A stretch of 64,000 nt of DNA from an uncultured Halieaceae bacterium (GCA_938074045.1 CALJGI010000015.1:56019-120018); one strand, 5' to 3'. Shown: positions 10,478 through 20,938, numbered from the stretch's first letter. The notes: generated from the letters alone by a model not told the origin. Made by a program: numbers and translations.

Positions 10478-11556
10478 TGGAATATAACCACGTTGCGCAG
10501 GGCTTTGCCGGATTTTACGGAGTCGATAGCGGCGTTGATGTCTTCCAGAGGGTAGCGACCGGATATCAGCTCGTCGAGCTTCAGGGTGCCCTCAAGGTAC
10601 AGGTTCGCCAGCGCCGGGATGTCTCTGTCGACCCGGGCAGAACCCATCTTTGAACCTACTATCCGCTGTCCATATCCCGCGAGGCTGCCGGGATCATACT
10701 CGGCCATGACGCCGGCAGCGGGCATACCGACAATAACGGATGTACCGCCCCGGGCGAGAAGCCCGATGGATTGTTCGATGGCAGAACGCGCGCCAACGGT
10801 GACGAAGACATAATCCACGCCGCGCCCGCCCGTCAGCGCCTGGACTTCCTGCACCAGCGTGTCGCTGCCGCCGTTCAGCCCGTGGGTTGCGCCGAACAAT
10901 TCTGCCGCCGCCAGTTTTTCCGGTTCCAGGTCGATGGCGATTACGGTACTGGCCCTGGTATGGGCCGCCGCCTGCACACTGTTAAGTCCGACACCACCAC
11001 AGCCAATCACCGCAATATTACGGCCGGGTTCTACCGCGACCGTTTGCGTGACGGCGCCATAGCCGGTGATCACCCCGCAAGCCAGCAGCGAGGCCGCGTC
11101 CATGGGAATCGAGCTGTCTATGACACAAAGTTGGCTGGCGTCTACCACAACCTCTTCCGCAAAAGCGCCGGTGCGCAGCCCCTGGATCAGCGCGCTGCCC
11201 TGATCATCTGTCAGTGGGGATTGTGCATCCAGAGGAAACTCGGTTTCGCACAGTGGTGTTTGTCCGCGACTGCAGTAATGGCAACTGCCGCAGGCCCGGA
11301 TCAGCGTGACCACAACGTGGTCACCGGTCTGGCAGTTGCTGACGCCGTCGCCCACGGACACCACCACGCCAGCGGCTTCATGGCCGAATACGGCGGGTAG
11401 TTCGCCACCCCAGTGACCGTCCAGATAATAGATATCGCTATGACAAATAGCGCAGGCCTTGAGTTGTACGTGAACCTCACCGCTTGTGGGTGGGTTTAGC
11501 GTGACCTCTTCAATACTGAGTGGTTCAGCAAACCCTCGACACACAGCAGCTTTCAT
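10474..11556 (-). CDS. Zinc-dependent alcohol dehydrogenase (MDR family, class III-like)
   Basis: It has CAICHSD and GHEAAGVV zinc-ligand motifs, a structural-zinc Cys cluster (CGSCHYCSRGQTPLC) and a GCGGVGL Rossmann motif. Confidence 0.85.
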   Translation of the reverse strand: MKAAVCRGFAEPLSIEEVTLNPPTSGEVHVQLKACAICHSDIYYLDGHWGGELPAVFGHEAAGVVVSVGDGVSNCQTGDHVVVTLIRACGSCHYCSRGQTPLCETEFPLDAQSPLTDDQGSALIQGLRTGAFAEEVVVDASQLCVIDSSIPMDAASLLACGVITGYGAVTQTVAVEPGRNIAVIGCGGVGLNSVQAAAHTRASTVIAIDLEPEKLAAAELFGATHGLNGGSDTLVQEVQALTGGRGVDYVFVTVGARSAIEQSIGLLARGGTSVIVGMPAAGVMAEYDPGSLAGYGQRIVGSKMGSARVDRDIPALANLYLEGTLKLDELISGRYPLEDINAAIDSVKSGKALRNVVIFQ

Positions 11557-11670
11557 TATTCTTCCAACCTTACCTGGTCAGCTGATTAAGGCTGCTAGTA
11601 TTGCGTCGAGGGGCTCCCTTGTCACCTGTTGATGAGTTGTTTTTACCACGCGATACGTGGTGCTAATGGA

Positions 11671-13110
11671 TCAGTGCATGGACATCTTGTCGCCTGCTAC
11701 GCCCAGCAAATCTTTCTTCGAGGCTGTGGCAGAGCTGTGTGCGCCGACCAGGGTGTCGAACTCCCAGTCTTTCACTGCTGCGGCCAGTGCGCGTGCATTG
11801 TTACTCGGTGCTGGCAGAGTTCCGTTGCGCGGCAGTGAGAAGTGATCGGCTTCGAATACGATGCCTTGTTTGGGCAAATACACCACCAGCAGATTTTCAG
11901 TGTGTGGGGTGGGCCCAATATTTCGTATGATCACCGTCTGTGATTTGTCGGCAATGCGATGGCCGTCTGCGACGAATTCTATTTTTGCCTTTTCCCCGGC
12001 CGCGGCGCGAACCACGCCCTCATTCTCGGCCACAGTCAACAGTGTCGCCTCTGCTGCGACAAAGTCGGCGGCCCCCGGCACGTGATCGCTGTGATGATGT
12101 GTGAGCAGCGCCTGTTTTATTGGTTTTTCAGGTACTGACTTGCGCAGCTCTTCGATGCGCGTGCTGACCCCACCAGTGGCGCCTGCTGCAAAAACCGAAT
12201 CTTCCATTTCCACGAACAGGCTGTAGGCGCCGTTGGCGCCGATCAGAAAGACTCCCTCGTCGAGCGTGGTGGTGCTCATGGCATCGGGGCCTACTGGCTC
12301 GTTGACGAGAGCATCCGCCGGCAGGTCTGTGATGTCAGCCTGCGCCTTGTTTACTTTGATATTGGCCAGCTTGCGATCGAGGTTGTGATCGCCATTCAGC
12401 AGTAGTTCGAAATCGGTGTTGAAGGAGGTACCGCCAATATCCTTGTGCCTGCGAAAGCGGTATTCCACCACGCCGAAGGGAGGCAGTATGCGTTCGGCCT
12501 TATTCAGGCGTCGGGATTCCTGATCAAAATACAGGCTCAACCCCGGCCCCACTTCCATGACCAGTGTAATCACGTCGTGGGGTTTGCCATCTACTTCTGC
12601 CACACCCAACCAGTGTGAGGTATGCCGGCGTTCCTGCAGTTGCTTGACCAGCAGCGGAGTGGTGACGCGGACAAAAGGCCCTGAGGCATTGTTGAAGTCC
12701 GGCTGTTCCTGGGGTGTAACGAAACCAGCCAGGTGGTTGATGTTAAAACCTTCGTCACCATTGATGATGTTGCCGACATCAAATTTGTTACCACCGCCGG
12801 TACCAGCGGCTCGAGTGACAAATATTTTTTTCTCATAGTCGATATAGGTGCTGCCCTTTGTTTTGTCGCGATCAAAGGGCGGGCCGGGTTTGCGGCTCTG
12901 ACCGACTGCCGCAGTTTCACTGATATTGTCCATGGAAACGATGTTCAGCCCACTGATCGTTTTCGCTCCGCCGTAAGCTTCAATCACGGCGTCGATAACC
13001 TCATTGGATTTTTTGACCGCCGTTTCGGCGATACTTTGCGCGCTGACCATAGCGCTGCTGGTCAGGCTGACCATTAACGCAACAGCGCCTATTACTGATT
13101 TTCCGTTCAT
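11671..13110 (-). CDS. Secreted MBL-fold metallo-hydrolase
   Basis: It has a signal peptide MNGKSVIGAVALMVSLTSSAMVSAQS and an HHHSDH (HxHxDH) metal-binding motif. Confidence 0.75.
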   Translation of the reverse strand: MNGKSVIGAVALMVSLTSSAMVSAQSIAETAVKKSNEVIDAVIEAYGGAKTISGLNIVSMDNISETAAVGQSRKPGPPFDRDKTKGSTYIDYEKKIFVTRAAGTGGGNKFDVGNIINGDEGFNINHLAGFVTPQEQPDFNNASGPFVRVTTPLLVKQLQERRHTSHWLGVAEVDGKPHDVITLVMEVGPGLSLYFDQESRRLNKAERILPPFGVVEYRFRRHKDIGGTSFNTDFELLLNGDHNLDRKLANIKVNKAQADITDLPADALVNEPVGPDAMSTTTLDEGVFLIGANGAYSLFVEMEDSVFAAGATGGVSTRIEELRKSVPEKPIKQALLTHHHSDHVPGAADFVAAEATLLTVAENEGVVRAAAGEKAKIEFVADGHRIADKSQTVIIRNIGPTPHTENLLVVYLPKQGIVFEADHFSLPRNGTLPAPSNNARALAAAVKDWEFDTLVGAHSSATASKKDLLGVAGDKMSMH

Positions 13111-13500
13111 GATGACTACCCTTTATTTTGTGCAATATTCGAGGAAATCGGTCTAGTGCCGATTGAATACCAGTGAGACTAACAGCACTTGCAGCGTAGC
13201 TCGCCCGTATTACGACCATGTGATCGATGTTTGGGTTAGAACGAGGGTGTAGTGATTACCTGAGGGCGGAACCGACCGGTTTTCAGGCTTGGTGGGGTCT
13301 TGAACTTTTTCGCAAAATAAGCATCATATCTAGCGGGTTTGAAATGGGCGTATGCGCGCCTTTTGTGAGTAGAAAAAGGAGAAATGCAACAATGGTTCCT
13401 GGTCATCAAAAGGGACTTTATTGGGAACGATCGCCTCCACTGTAGAACATTCGTTTTTATGGTTCGTAAGTCAATCAATTACAGTTAATAGGAGTGAAGC

Positions 13501-14457
13501 GTGCTCGAGGTGCAGCAGTTGTCGCGTCGCTATGGCGATTATGTGGCCGTTGATAAGGTCAGTTTCACTATTGGTCACGGTGAGATCTGTGGTTTGTTGG
13601 GACACAACGGAGCGGGTAAGACCACCATCATGAAAATGCTCAGCGGTTATCTGGAACCCGATGCCGGATCGATCACCGTTGACGGGCTGAATCTGGCCCA
13701 GAATCCATTGGCCGTTCAGCGCCAGCTTGGATATCTGCCCGAGAGCATGCCGCTTTATCCGGAATTGTGTGTTGTTGATTACCTCGATTATGCTGCGGAA
13801 CTCAAAGGTTTGCAGGGCGCCGACAAGACCGCGGAAATTCGACGCGTGATAGGTGCCACCAGTATCGCTGATCGCCTGACGCAGCCAGTCGCGACACTAT
13901 CCCGGGGCTATAAGCAGCGCACCGGTGTTGCACAGGCGTTGCTGGGATCACCCCGGCTCTTGATTCTCGATGAACCGACCAACGGTCTTGATCCTGAGCA
14001 GACTGCCCACATGCGGGAATTGATTCGAGAAATATCCCGCTCTGCGACCGTCATTCTGTCGACACATATCATGCAGGAGGTAGAAGCACTCTGTACCCGG
14101 GCATTGATTCTTCGCGATGGCAAAGTGGCTGTTGATCGAGAGCTTGCTGAACTCAGGTGCAGCAATCATTTAAGGCTGGTGGTCTCATTCGATAACGCAG
14201 AGGATGACACCATTCTTTCCGTAGACGGGATAACCGAGTGCGCTGCGGCGGGGTCCACCGAAACGGGGCAGGAGTACCGGCTGACCCTGGCAGAGGGGGC
14301 GAACATGTCTGAGGTCAGTGCCGAGCTGGCACGCCGGGTTGTGAACGCAGGTTATGATTTACGCGCACTACATCCCGAATACCGCGATCTGGAAACGCTG
14401 TTTCGCGAAGTCAGCGAATACCATGCAACCGCGGGGGGCTTCAACGATGCAGCCTGA
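13501..14457 (+). CDS. ABC transporter ATP-binding protein (ABC-2/GldA-like)
   Basis: It has Walker A GHNGAGKTT, signature LSRGYKQR and Walker B LLILDEPTNGLD. The start is GTG. Confidence 0.9.
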   Translation: MLEVQQLSRRYGDYVAVDKVSFTIGHGEICGLLGHNGAGKTTIMKMLSGYLEPDAGSITVDGLNLAQNPLAVQRQLGYLPESMPLYPELCVVDYLDYAAELKGLQGADKTAEIRRVIGATSIADRLTQPVATLSRGYKQRTGVAQALLGSPRLLILDEPTNGLDPEQTAHMRELIREISRSATVILSTHIMQEVEALCTRALILRDGKVAVDRELAELRCSNHLRLVVSFDNAEDDTILSVDGITECAAAGSTETGQEYRLTLAEGANMSEVSAELARRVVNAGYDLRALHPEYRDLETLFREVSEYHATAGGFNDAA

Positions 14458-17356
14458 TATCAGCGCAGGGAATATCATTCGGCGAGTGGCCCGCAAAGAG
14501 ATAACGCTCTTCTTCGCTTCTCCTATCGCCTATTTGTTTCTCATCACGTTTTCCGCCGTAAGCCTGTTTGTTTTTTTCTGGGGCGAGGCGTTTTTCTCTC
14601 GCAACATCGCAGATGTGCGGCCGCTGTTTGAGTGGATGCCGCTGTTGCTTATATTCCTGAGCGCCACCCTGACCATGCGTATGTGGAGTGAGGAGCGTCG
14701 CACCGGTACTTTGGAACATGTAATCACGCAAGCGGTACCGTTGTGGCATTTTGTCATCGGGAAATTTGTCGCCTGTATGGTGCTACTTGTAATGGCTTTG
14801 CTGGTAACAATGCCACTGCCACTGACTGTAGCGATGCTCGGCGAACTAGACTGGGGTCCGGTAGTGGCGGGGTATCTCGCGACGCTGTTGTTAGGCGCAG
14901 CCTATCTTTCAATTGGACTCTGCGTGTCGGCGCGCAGTGACAACCAGATTGTCAGCCTGATTTCAGCGGTTGCTGTGTGCTACCTCTTTTACCTCGTAGG
15001 CACGCCCACCATCACCGACTTCTTCGGTAATCGCCTGGGCGAGACGTTACGCCTGTTGGGTACGGGTTCCCGATTTGAATCGATTACTCGCGGCGTTGTC
15101 GATCTGCGGGATCTCAGCTTTTACCTGAGTCTGGTGGCGGTTTTTCTGGTCTTGAATACCTACCTGCTGGAACGGGAAAGATGGGCTGATACCGGGGAAC
15201 GCAAATACCATCAGCGCTGCGTACGGGTTACCGGACTGCTCATCGTCAACGTGCTGCTGGTTAATGTATGGCTGGGCCAGGTACGGTCATTGCGGGTCGA
15301 TATGACCGCCGGAAATCAATATTCAATATCCCCGGCGACGGAAGGTTATCTGTCGCAGTTGCGCGAGCCGTTGTTACTGCGCGGATATTTCAGTGCAAAA
15401 ACGCACCCTCTGCTTGCGCCGCTGGTTCCCCAGTTGCGTGACTTGATGAGTGAATATGAAATCGCGGGCGGCGATCGGGTTCGGGTGGAGTTTGTTGACC
15501 CCGTGGCCGACCCTGAGCTGGAGCAGGAGGCCAATCAAAAGTACGGAATTCAGCCGGTACCTTTTCAAGTGGCCGATCGCTATCAATCCTCGATTGTCAG
15601 CTCCTACTTCAATGTGCTGGTGCAGTACGGTGATGACTATGAGGTATTGGGATTTCGCGATCTGATTGAAATTCAGGCGCGGGCCGAGGCAGACATCGAT
15701 GTGCAGCTTCGCAACCCGGAGCACGATCTCACGCGGGCTATCAAGAAAGTGTTGCACGGTTACCAGGCCGGTGGAAACCTGTTCGAAACGGTGCAGGGCG
15801 AGCTCGACTTTACCGCCTATATATCGGCGGATGCTCTGCTGCCTGAGCAATTGATTGCGTTCAGACAGACGGTGGAAGACACCGTCGCCGAATTTTCTGA
15901 ACAATCCTCCGGCAGGTTGCGCTTCAATGTCATTGACCCCGACGCTGATCAGGGTGCGGTGGGTGAGCGAATTGCCGAAGAGTTCGGTTTTATGCCTATG
16001 GCCACCAGTCTGTTCAGTCAGCAGCGATTCTATTACTACCTTACATTATCGCGGGATGATCAGGTGATTCAGATTCCGCTTGAAGATATGACTGAGGATG
16101 GCCTTAAGCGCAATATCGAGGCCGCGATCAAGCGCTTCGCCACTGGATTTACCAAAACTGTGGCGCTGGTGCTGCCAGATTCACCGCCCCAGATCTCACC
16201 CTATATTCCAGCATCCGGGCCGGGGTTCGCTCAGTTGGAGGCGGCCCTCAGTGCTGATTTGAACGTGGAGCGAGAGGATATATCCGATGGCACTGTTACG
16301 GGTGCGGCGGATATTCTGGTACTGGCGGCTCCGCGTGAACTCGATGAGCTTGGGTTGTTTGCTGTGGATCAGTTTCTTATGCAGGGCGGTACCGTGCTGG
16401 TTGCGAGCTCACCATTCAGTGCCAGCCTTGCCGGCGGACGCCTGTCCTTGTCTCGACAAGACAGCGGACTGTCGGACTGGTTGGCTCACCACGGGTTTAG
16501 AATTGGCGAGGAACTGGTGCTGGATAGTCAGAACGCAGCCTTCCCGATTCCGGTGACGCGCAATATTGGTGGCTTTCAGTTACAGGAAATGCGGATGCTG
16601 GACTATCCCTATTTTGTTGATGTTCGGGCGCCGGGGTTGAACCAGGACAGCATGATTACCTCGGAGCTGCCACAGGCGACCATGACCTGGGCTTCGCCCA
16701 TAGAAGTGGATTCCCCGGCACAGGGTGATCGGAAACTGACGCGATTGTTACAGAGCTCACCAGACGCCTGGGTTTCCCCATCGACCGACATCATGCCCTC
16801 CATGGATGCCAACGGTCTGAGTCCTTTTACTCCCGCAGCATCCCGCGGCGCCTACCTGCTGGGTGTGGTGTCTGAAGGCCGCTTTAACTCGTACTTCGCC
16901 GGTCAGGACTCGCCCATTCTGAATAGCACGGGGCAGCCCGGTGTCAGCGCAGATGAACCCGGCGCCGAAGCTGAGGAAATAACGCCTGAGGAGCAAATTT
17001 CGGGCGTGATTGAGCGGTCTCCCGAATCCTCCAGGTTGATACTGTTCAGCTCGAATAACTTCCTGGAGGATCAGATTTTGCAATTCGCCGCAGCGGCCAA
17101 CCAGGGGGAGTATCTCAATACGCTGCAGATGATGACCAATGCAGTGGAATGGTCACTGGAGGACGCTGGCCTTCTCAGTATCAGATCGCGCAGCCATTTC
17201 AATCGCACCCTGCCACCCCTGGAACACAACAGTCAGTTATTCTGGGAATACCTCAACTATGCGCTGGCCATTCTGGCCGTCGGGGCTATTGCGTTTCTGG
17301 AACGCAGCTACCGCCGCAAATGGCAGCGACGTCATCTCGCACTGCTGGGACAATAG
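14447..17356 (+). CDS. Fusion of ABC-2 permease (GldF-like) with GldG-like auxiliary domain (ABC_transp_aux)
   Basis: The N-terminal ~250 aa are a 6-TM ABC-2 permease. A large soluble region follows, with the GldG-type start LLLRGYFSAKTHP...VEFVDP, and a C-terminal TM anchor. I chose ATG 14447 (MQPDISAG...), which overlaps the ATPase stop by 11 nt. The listed 14354 start would lie inside the ATPase gene. Confidence 0.75.
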   Translation: MQPDISAGNIIRRVARKEITLFFASPIAYLFLITFSAVSLFVFFWGEAFFSRNIADVRPLFEWMPLLLIFLSATLTMRMWSEERRTGTLEHVITQAVPLWHFVIGKFVACMVLLVMALLVTMPLPLTVAMLGELDWGPVVAGYLATLLLGAAYLSIGLCVSARSDNQIVSLISAVAVCYLFYLVGTPTITDFFGNRLGETLRLLGTGSRFESITRGVVDLRDLSFYLSLVAVFLVLNTYLLERERWADTGERKYHQRCVRVTGLLIVNVLLVNVWLGQVRSLRVDMTAGNQYSISPATEGYLSQLREPLLLRGYFSAKTHPLLAPLVPQLRDLMSEYEIAGGDRVRVEFVDPVADPELEQEANQKYGIQPVPFQVADRYQSSIVSSYFNVLVQYGDDYEVLGFRDLIEIQARAEADIDVQLRNPEHDLTRAIKKVLHGYQAGGNLFETVQGELDFTAYISADALLPEQLIAFRQTVEDTVAEFSEQSSGRLRFNVIDPDADQGAVGERIAEEFGFMPMATSLFSQQRFYYYLTLSRDDQVIQIPLEDMTEDGLKRNIEAAIKRFATGFTKTVALVLPDSPPQISPYIPASGPGFAQLEAALSADLNVEREDISDGTVTGAADILVLAAPRELDELGLFAVDQFLMQGGTVLVASSPFSASLAGGRLSLSRQDSGLSDWLAHHGFRIGEELVLDSQNAAFPIPVTRNIGGFQLQEMRMLDYPYFVDVRAPGLNQDSMITSELPQATMTWASPIEVDSPAQGDRKLTRLLQSSPDAWVSPSTDIMPSMDANGLSPFTPAASRGAYLLGVVSEGRFNSYFAGQDSPILNSTGQPGVSADEPGAEAEEITPEEQISGVIERSPESSRLILFSSNNFLEDQILQFAAAANQGEYLNTLQMMTNAVEWSLEDAGLLSIRSRSHFNRTLPPLEHNSQLFWEYLNYALAILAVGAIAFLERSYRRKWQRRHLALLGQ

Positions 17357-17365
17357 GAGAGCCTG

Positions 17366-18301
17366 ATGGAGAAGCTAGGTCAATATCTTACCGGTCTGTT
17401 AGGCCTGCAGCTGTTGGTGGTGGCACTGATATCTGGGCGCCAGTTCTACATGCCGGAACATACAGCAGATGCACTCGCACTGTCTTTCGACGCGGTGACT
17501 ATAGACCGTGTGGTGATCAGTGATCAGGAGCGCAGTTCGGTGCTGATTCGCGTGGGAGATCACTGGCAGCTGGATACCGCTTATCCGGTGCCCGCGGACA
17601 AGCCCCGAGTTGCTGCGGTGCTGGATTCGCTGTCGGATTTACGCACTACGTGGCCGGTGGCATCTACACCCGGCAGCCACAGCCGTTTTGAAGTGGGTGA
17701 AAACAGTTTCCAGAAGCGCGTTCAGTTGTACGCGGGAGAGGAGTTGTCCGCGGACTTGTTTGTAGGTACCAGCCCTGGGTTTCGCAAGGTTCATGTGCGC
17801 AGTGCTGATCGGGACGAGGTCTACGCGGTAACGCTCAATACCTACGATCTGCCATCGGACGACGACCGCTGGTTGGACAAGACGGTGCTGGCTTTTACCG
17901 AGGTAACGGCCATCGAGGGACCTGACTATTCGCTGGTCCGGCAGGGTGCGCAATGGCGCCTGCAGTCGCCAGCTGCCAGTAGCGAAGCAACAGAGCCGCC
18001 CTTGGACGAAACCAGAGTCAAGCAGTTGCTGGACGCACTGAATACATTCGTTGTATCGGGTTTGGCGGAGGCCGATCTGACGTTGCCACAGCCGGAAACC
18101 ACGCTGTGGGTGACAGGAGCCGGAGACCAGAAGCATCGCTTGAACCTCTATCAGGCGGCGGACAATCTATACGCGACCCGGGATGATGTGGCTGGCGTGT
18201 TTACGGTTCGACAATACGACTATGATCAATTGGCCGGCAAATCCCTGGCCGACTTGCAGCCGGTTGAAAATAAGGCAGCCGCCGACCTCGAAGTAGAGTG
18301 A
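17366..18301 (+). CDS. DUF4340-like protein (usual partner of GldG-type ABC systems)
   Basis: It has an N-terminal TM anchor and sits immediately after the GldG-like gene, which is the typical operon arrangement. The family assignment is from memory of this context only. Confidence 0.55.
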   Translation: MEKLGQYLTGLLGLQLLVVALISGRQFYMPEHTADALALSFDAVTIDRVVISDQERSSVLIRVGDHWQLDTAYPVPADKPRVAAVLDSLSDLRTTWPVASTPGSHSRFEVGENSFQKRVQLYAGEELSADLFVGTSPGFRKVHVRSADRDEVYAVTLNTYDLPSDDDRWLDKTVLAFTEVTAIEGPDYSLVRQGAQWRLQSPAASSEATEPPLDETRVKQLLDALNTFVVSGLAEADLTLPQPETTLWVTGAGDQKHRLNLYQAADNLYATRDDVAGVFTVRQYDYDQLAGKSLADLQPVENKAAADLEVE

Positions 18302-18368
18302 TTGCGGTCTGCTATCTTGGGGAGTAGGATCGCGGTTTTATTTGCGATCGCCTCTTTGCGGAATCACT

Positions 18369-19754
18369 ATGACATTGACAACCGAGGTTCACTCGTCAGT
18401 CCTCGACGAGATTGGCAACACCCCGATGCATGAAATCAGCCGGCTCGATACCGGACTGTGTCGTGTGTTTCTCAAGTTGGAAAATCAGAATCCCGGGGGT
18501 TCCATCAAGGACCGCATCGGCAAGGTGATGATTGAAACCGCAGAGGCCGAGGGAAAGCTCAAACCCGGTGACACCATCGTCGAGGCGACCGCCGGAAATA
18601 CCGGACTGGGACTGGCACTGACAGCTGCGCAAAAAGGGTATCAGTTATTGATCGTAGTGCCCGACAAGATGGCGCAGGAGAAGATATTTCACTTGCGGGC
18701 GATGGGCGCCGAGGTGCGAACTACCCGGTCCGATGTGGTGAAAGGACACCCGGAGTACTATCAGGATATGGCGGAGCGGCTGGCCAATGAAGGCGGTTAC
18801 TTCTACGTCAATCAATTTGGCAACCCCGCCAACCCGCTGGCGCACGAAACTACCACGGGCCCAGAAATCCTGTCCCAGTGTCAGGCCGTCGGTACCACGC
18901 CTGATTTTGTTGTCTGCGGTGTGGGTTCCGGAGGTACCATGACTGGCCTGTCGCGTTATTTTGCCACGGCCAATCCCGACACGCGCATGGTATTGGCAGA
19001 CCCACTCGGGTCCATTCTCGCTGAATATGTAAAAACCGGCGTGTTACCTACCAAGTCGGCGTCCTGGATGGTGGAAGGGATTGGCGAAGACTTTCTGCCC
19101 TCGATTCTTGACCTGTCCAGAGTGGCTGAGGCGTATACCATTCCCGATGCAGAATCGTTTCAGGTGGCCCGTGAGTTGTTGGAGAAGGAAGGTATTTTGG
19201 GTGGTTCCTCCGCCGGCACGCTGCTGGCAGCCACACTCAGACACGCCCGCGCGCAAACCGAGCCCCGTACTCTTGTTACGTTTGTCTGCGACAGCGGCAA
19301 CAAATACCTGTCGAAGATGTTTAATGACTACTGGATGCTGGACAATGGGTTCATCCGCTCACCCTCCAATGGTGATTTGCGCGACCTGGTGTCACGCAAG
19401 CACGCCGAACGACAGACGGTTACATTGAATCCACATACGTCGCTGGAACAAGCTTACAAAAACATGAAGTTGCACTCCATCTCACAGATACCGGTCATGG
19501 ACGACGGTAAGCTGGTGGGATTGTTGGACGAAGAAGACCTGCTGATGCACGTGTATCGCAGCGGCGGATTCTCCGGCACTGCCGAAGACATAATGGCGAG
19601 AGACCTGACGGTGGTAGATGCTGATGAGGATATAGACATGGTTCTCGCCATCCTGAGTCGCGGTATGGTCGTACCGGTGGTTCATGCCGGAGAGTTCCAG
19701 GGGCTGATTACTAAAATCGACGTTTTAAATCATCTGCGGCTCGCGCAGAGCTGA
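18369..19754 (+). CDS. Cystathionine beta-synthase (PLP fold-type II domain plus tandem CBS domains)
   Basis: The N-terminus is CysK/CBS-like (NPGGSIKDR, ATAGNTGLGLA, GVGSGGTMTG). The C-terminus holds a CBS pair (ISQIPVMDDGKLVGLL..., VVPVVHAGEFQGLITKIDVL). I preferred ATG 18369. Confidence 0.8.
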   Translation: MTLTTEVHSSVLDEIGNTPMHEISRLDTGLCRVFLKLENQNPGGSIKDRIGKVMIETAEAEGKLKPGDTIVEATAGNTGLGLALTAAQKGYQLLIVVPDKMAQEKIFHLRAMGAEVRTTRSDVVKGHPEYYQDMAERLANEGGYFYVNQFGNPANPLAHETTTGPEILSQCQAVGTTPDFVVCGVGSGGTMTGLSRYFATANPDTRMVLADPLGSILAEYVKTGVLPTKSASWMVEGIGEDFLPSILDLSRVAEAYTIPDAESFQVARELLEKEGILGGSSAGTLLAATLRHARAQTEPRTLVTFVCDSGNKYLSKMFNDYWMLDNGFIRSPSNGDLRDLVSRKHAERQTVTLNPHTSLEQAYKNMKLHSISQIPVMDDGKLVGLLDEEDLLMHVYRSGGFSGTAEDIMARDLTVVDADEDIDMVLAILSRGMVVPVVHAGEFQGLITKIDVLNHLRLAQS

Positions 19755-19765
19755 ACGGACAAATC

Positions 19766-20938
19766 ATGACCATAAACAAAAAGCATGGCTTTTCTACACG
19801 CGCCATCCACGCCGGGCAATCGCCCGAACCGGTTACTGGCGCTATCATGACGCCCATTTATGCGTCCTCCACCTTTGTTCAGGAAAGTCCCGGGCAGGAC
19901 AAGGGCTATGATTACTCCAGGGGTGGTAACCCTACCCGAAAAGCTCTGGAAGACTGTATCGCGGATCTGGAAAACGGTGCTGCCGGGTTCGCTTTCGCCT
20001 CGGGGATGGCGGCCACCGCCCATATACTGGAGCTACTGGATCATGGCACCCATATCGTTGCCGGCGATGATCTTTACGGCGGCACCTATCGTTTGTTCGA
20101 GAATGTTCGCAGGCGCAGTGCTGGTCAAAAAGCTACCTTTGTAGATTTTTCCGATCCCGCCGCGGTGGAAGCGGCGATACAACCTGAGACCAGAATGTTG
20201 TGGGTGGAGACCCCCACCAACCCCCTCCTGAAAATTGTCGACCTTGCGGCGATTGCAGAAATCGGTAGACGTCACGGCGTGATCACAGTGTGCGACAATA
20301 CCTTTGCCTCACCCTACTGCCAGTTGCCGCTGGATCTTGGCATCGATATCGTGGTTCATTCGGCCACCAAGTACCTGAATGGGCACTCAGACCTGATTGC
20401 CGGGGTTGCGGTGACGTCCGGCGATTCACCCCACGAAGATCTGGCCGAGCGCCTGTCTTACTTATGCATGTCCGTAGGAGGTGTGCTCGGTATTGTCGAC
20501 AGCTATACCCTGCTGCGTTCCCTGAAGACCTTACCCCTGCGTATGGAGCGACACTGTGCCAATGCCATGCAAATCGCCGAGTGGCTGGATGAGCATCCGG
20601 CCATTGATCGCGTTTACTACCCGGGCTTACCTGCACACAAGGGGCATGATATCGCCAGCCGCCAGATGCGTGGGTACGGTGGCGTGGTAACTGCGATACT
20701 GGCTGGCGGACTCGAGCCTGCCCGGCGGTTTCTGGAGAGTACGGAGTTGTTTTCGCTGGCCGAGAGCCTGGGAGGCGTAGAGAGTCTAATCGAGCATCCG
20801 GCCATTATGACCCACGCTTCGATTCCTGCGCATATCCGCCAGGAAATAGGCATTGAAGATGGCCTGGTCCGACTGTCGGTAGGTGTCGAAGACGTTGGTG
20901 ATCTGATCGCTGACCTGGATCAGGCGCTGCAAGCATGA
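19766..20938 (+). CDS. Cystathionine gamma-lyase / Cys-Met metabolism PLP-dependent enzyme
   Basis: Typical family motifs are present (GFSTRAIHAG, YSRGGNPT, HSATKYLNGHSD with the PLP lysine, ESLGGVESL). It lies directly downstream of the CBS gene. Confidence 0.8.
   Translation: MTINKKHGFSTRAIHAGQSPEPVTGAIMTPIYASSTFVQESPGQDKGYDYSRGGNPTRKALEDCIADLENGAAGFAFASGMAATAHILELLDHGTHIVAGDDLYGGTYRLFENVRRRSAGQKATFVDFSDPAAVEAAIQPETRMLWVETPTNPLLKIVDLAAIAEIGRRHGVITVCDNTFASPYCQLPLDLGIDIVVHSATKYLNGHSDLIAGVAVTSGDSPHEDLAERLSYLCMSVGGVLGIVDSYTLLRSLKTLPLRMERHCANAMQIAEWLDEHPAIDRVYYPGLPAHKGHDIASRQMRGYGGVVTAILAGGLEPARRFLESTELFSLAESLGGVESLIEHPAIMTHASIPAHIRQEIGIEDGLVRLSVGVEDVGDLIADLDQALQA

Noticed and set aside
14354-14446. 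Upstream extension of the GldF/GldG ORF listed in the track
   Set aside because: The extension lies inside the ABC ATPase gene in another frame. ATG 14447 gives a sensible N-terminus and the usual short overlap.
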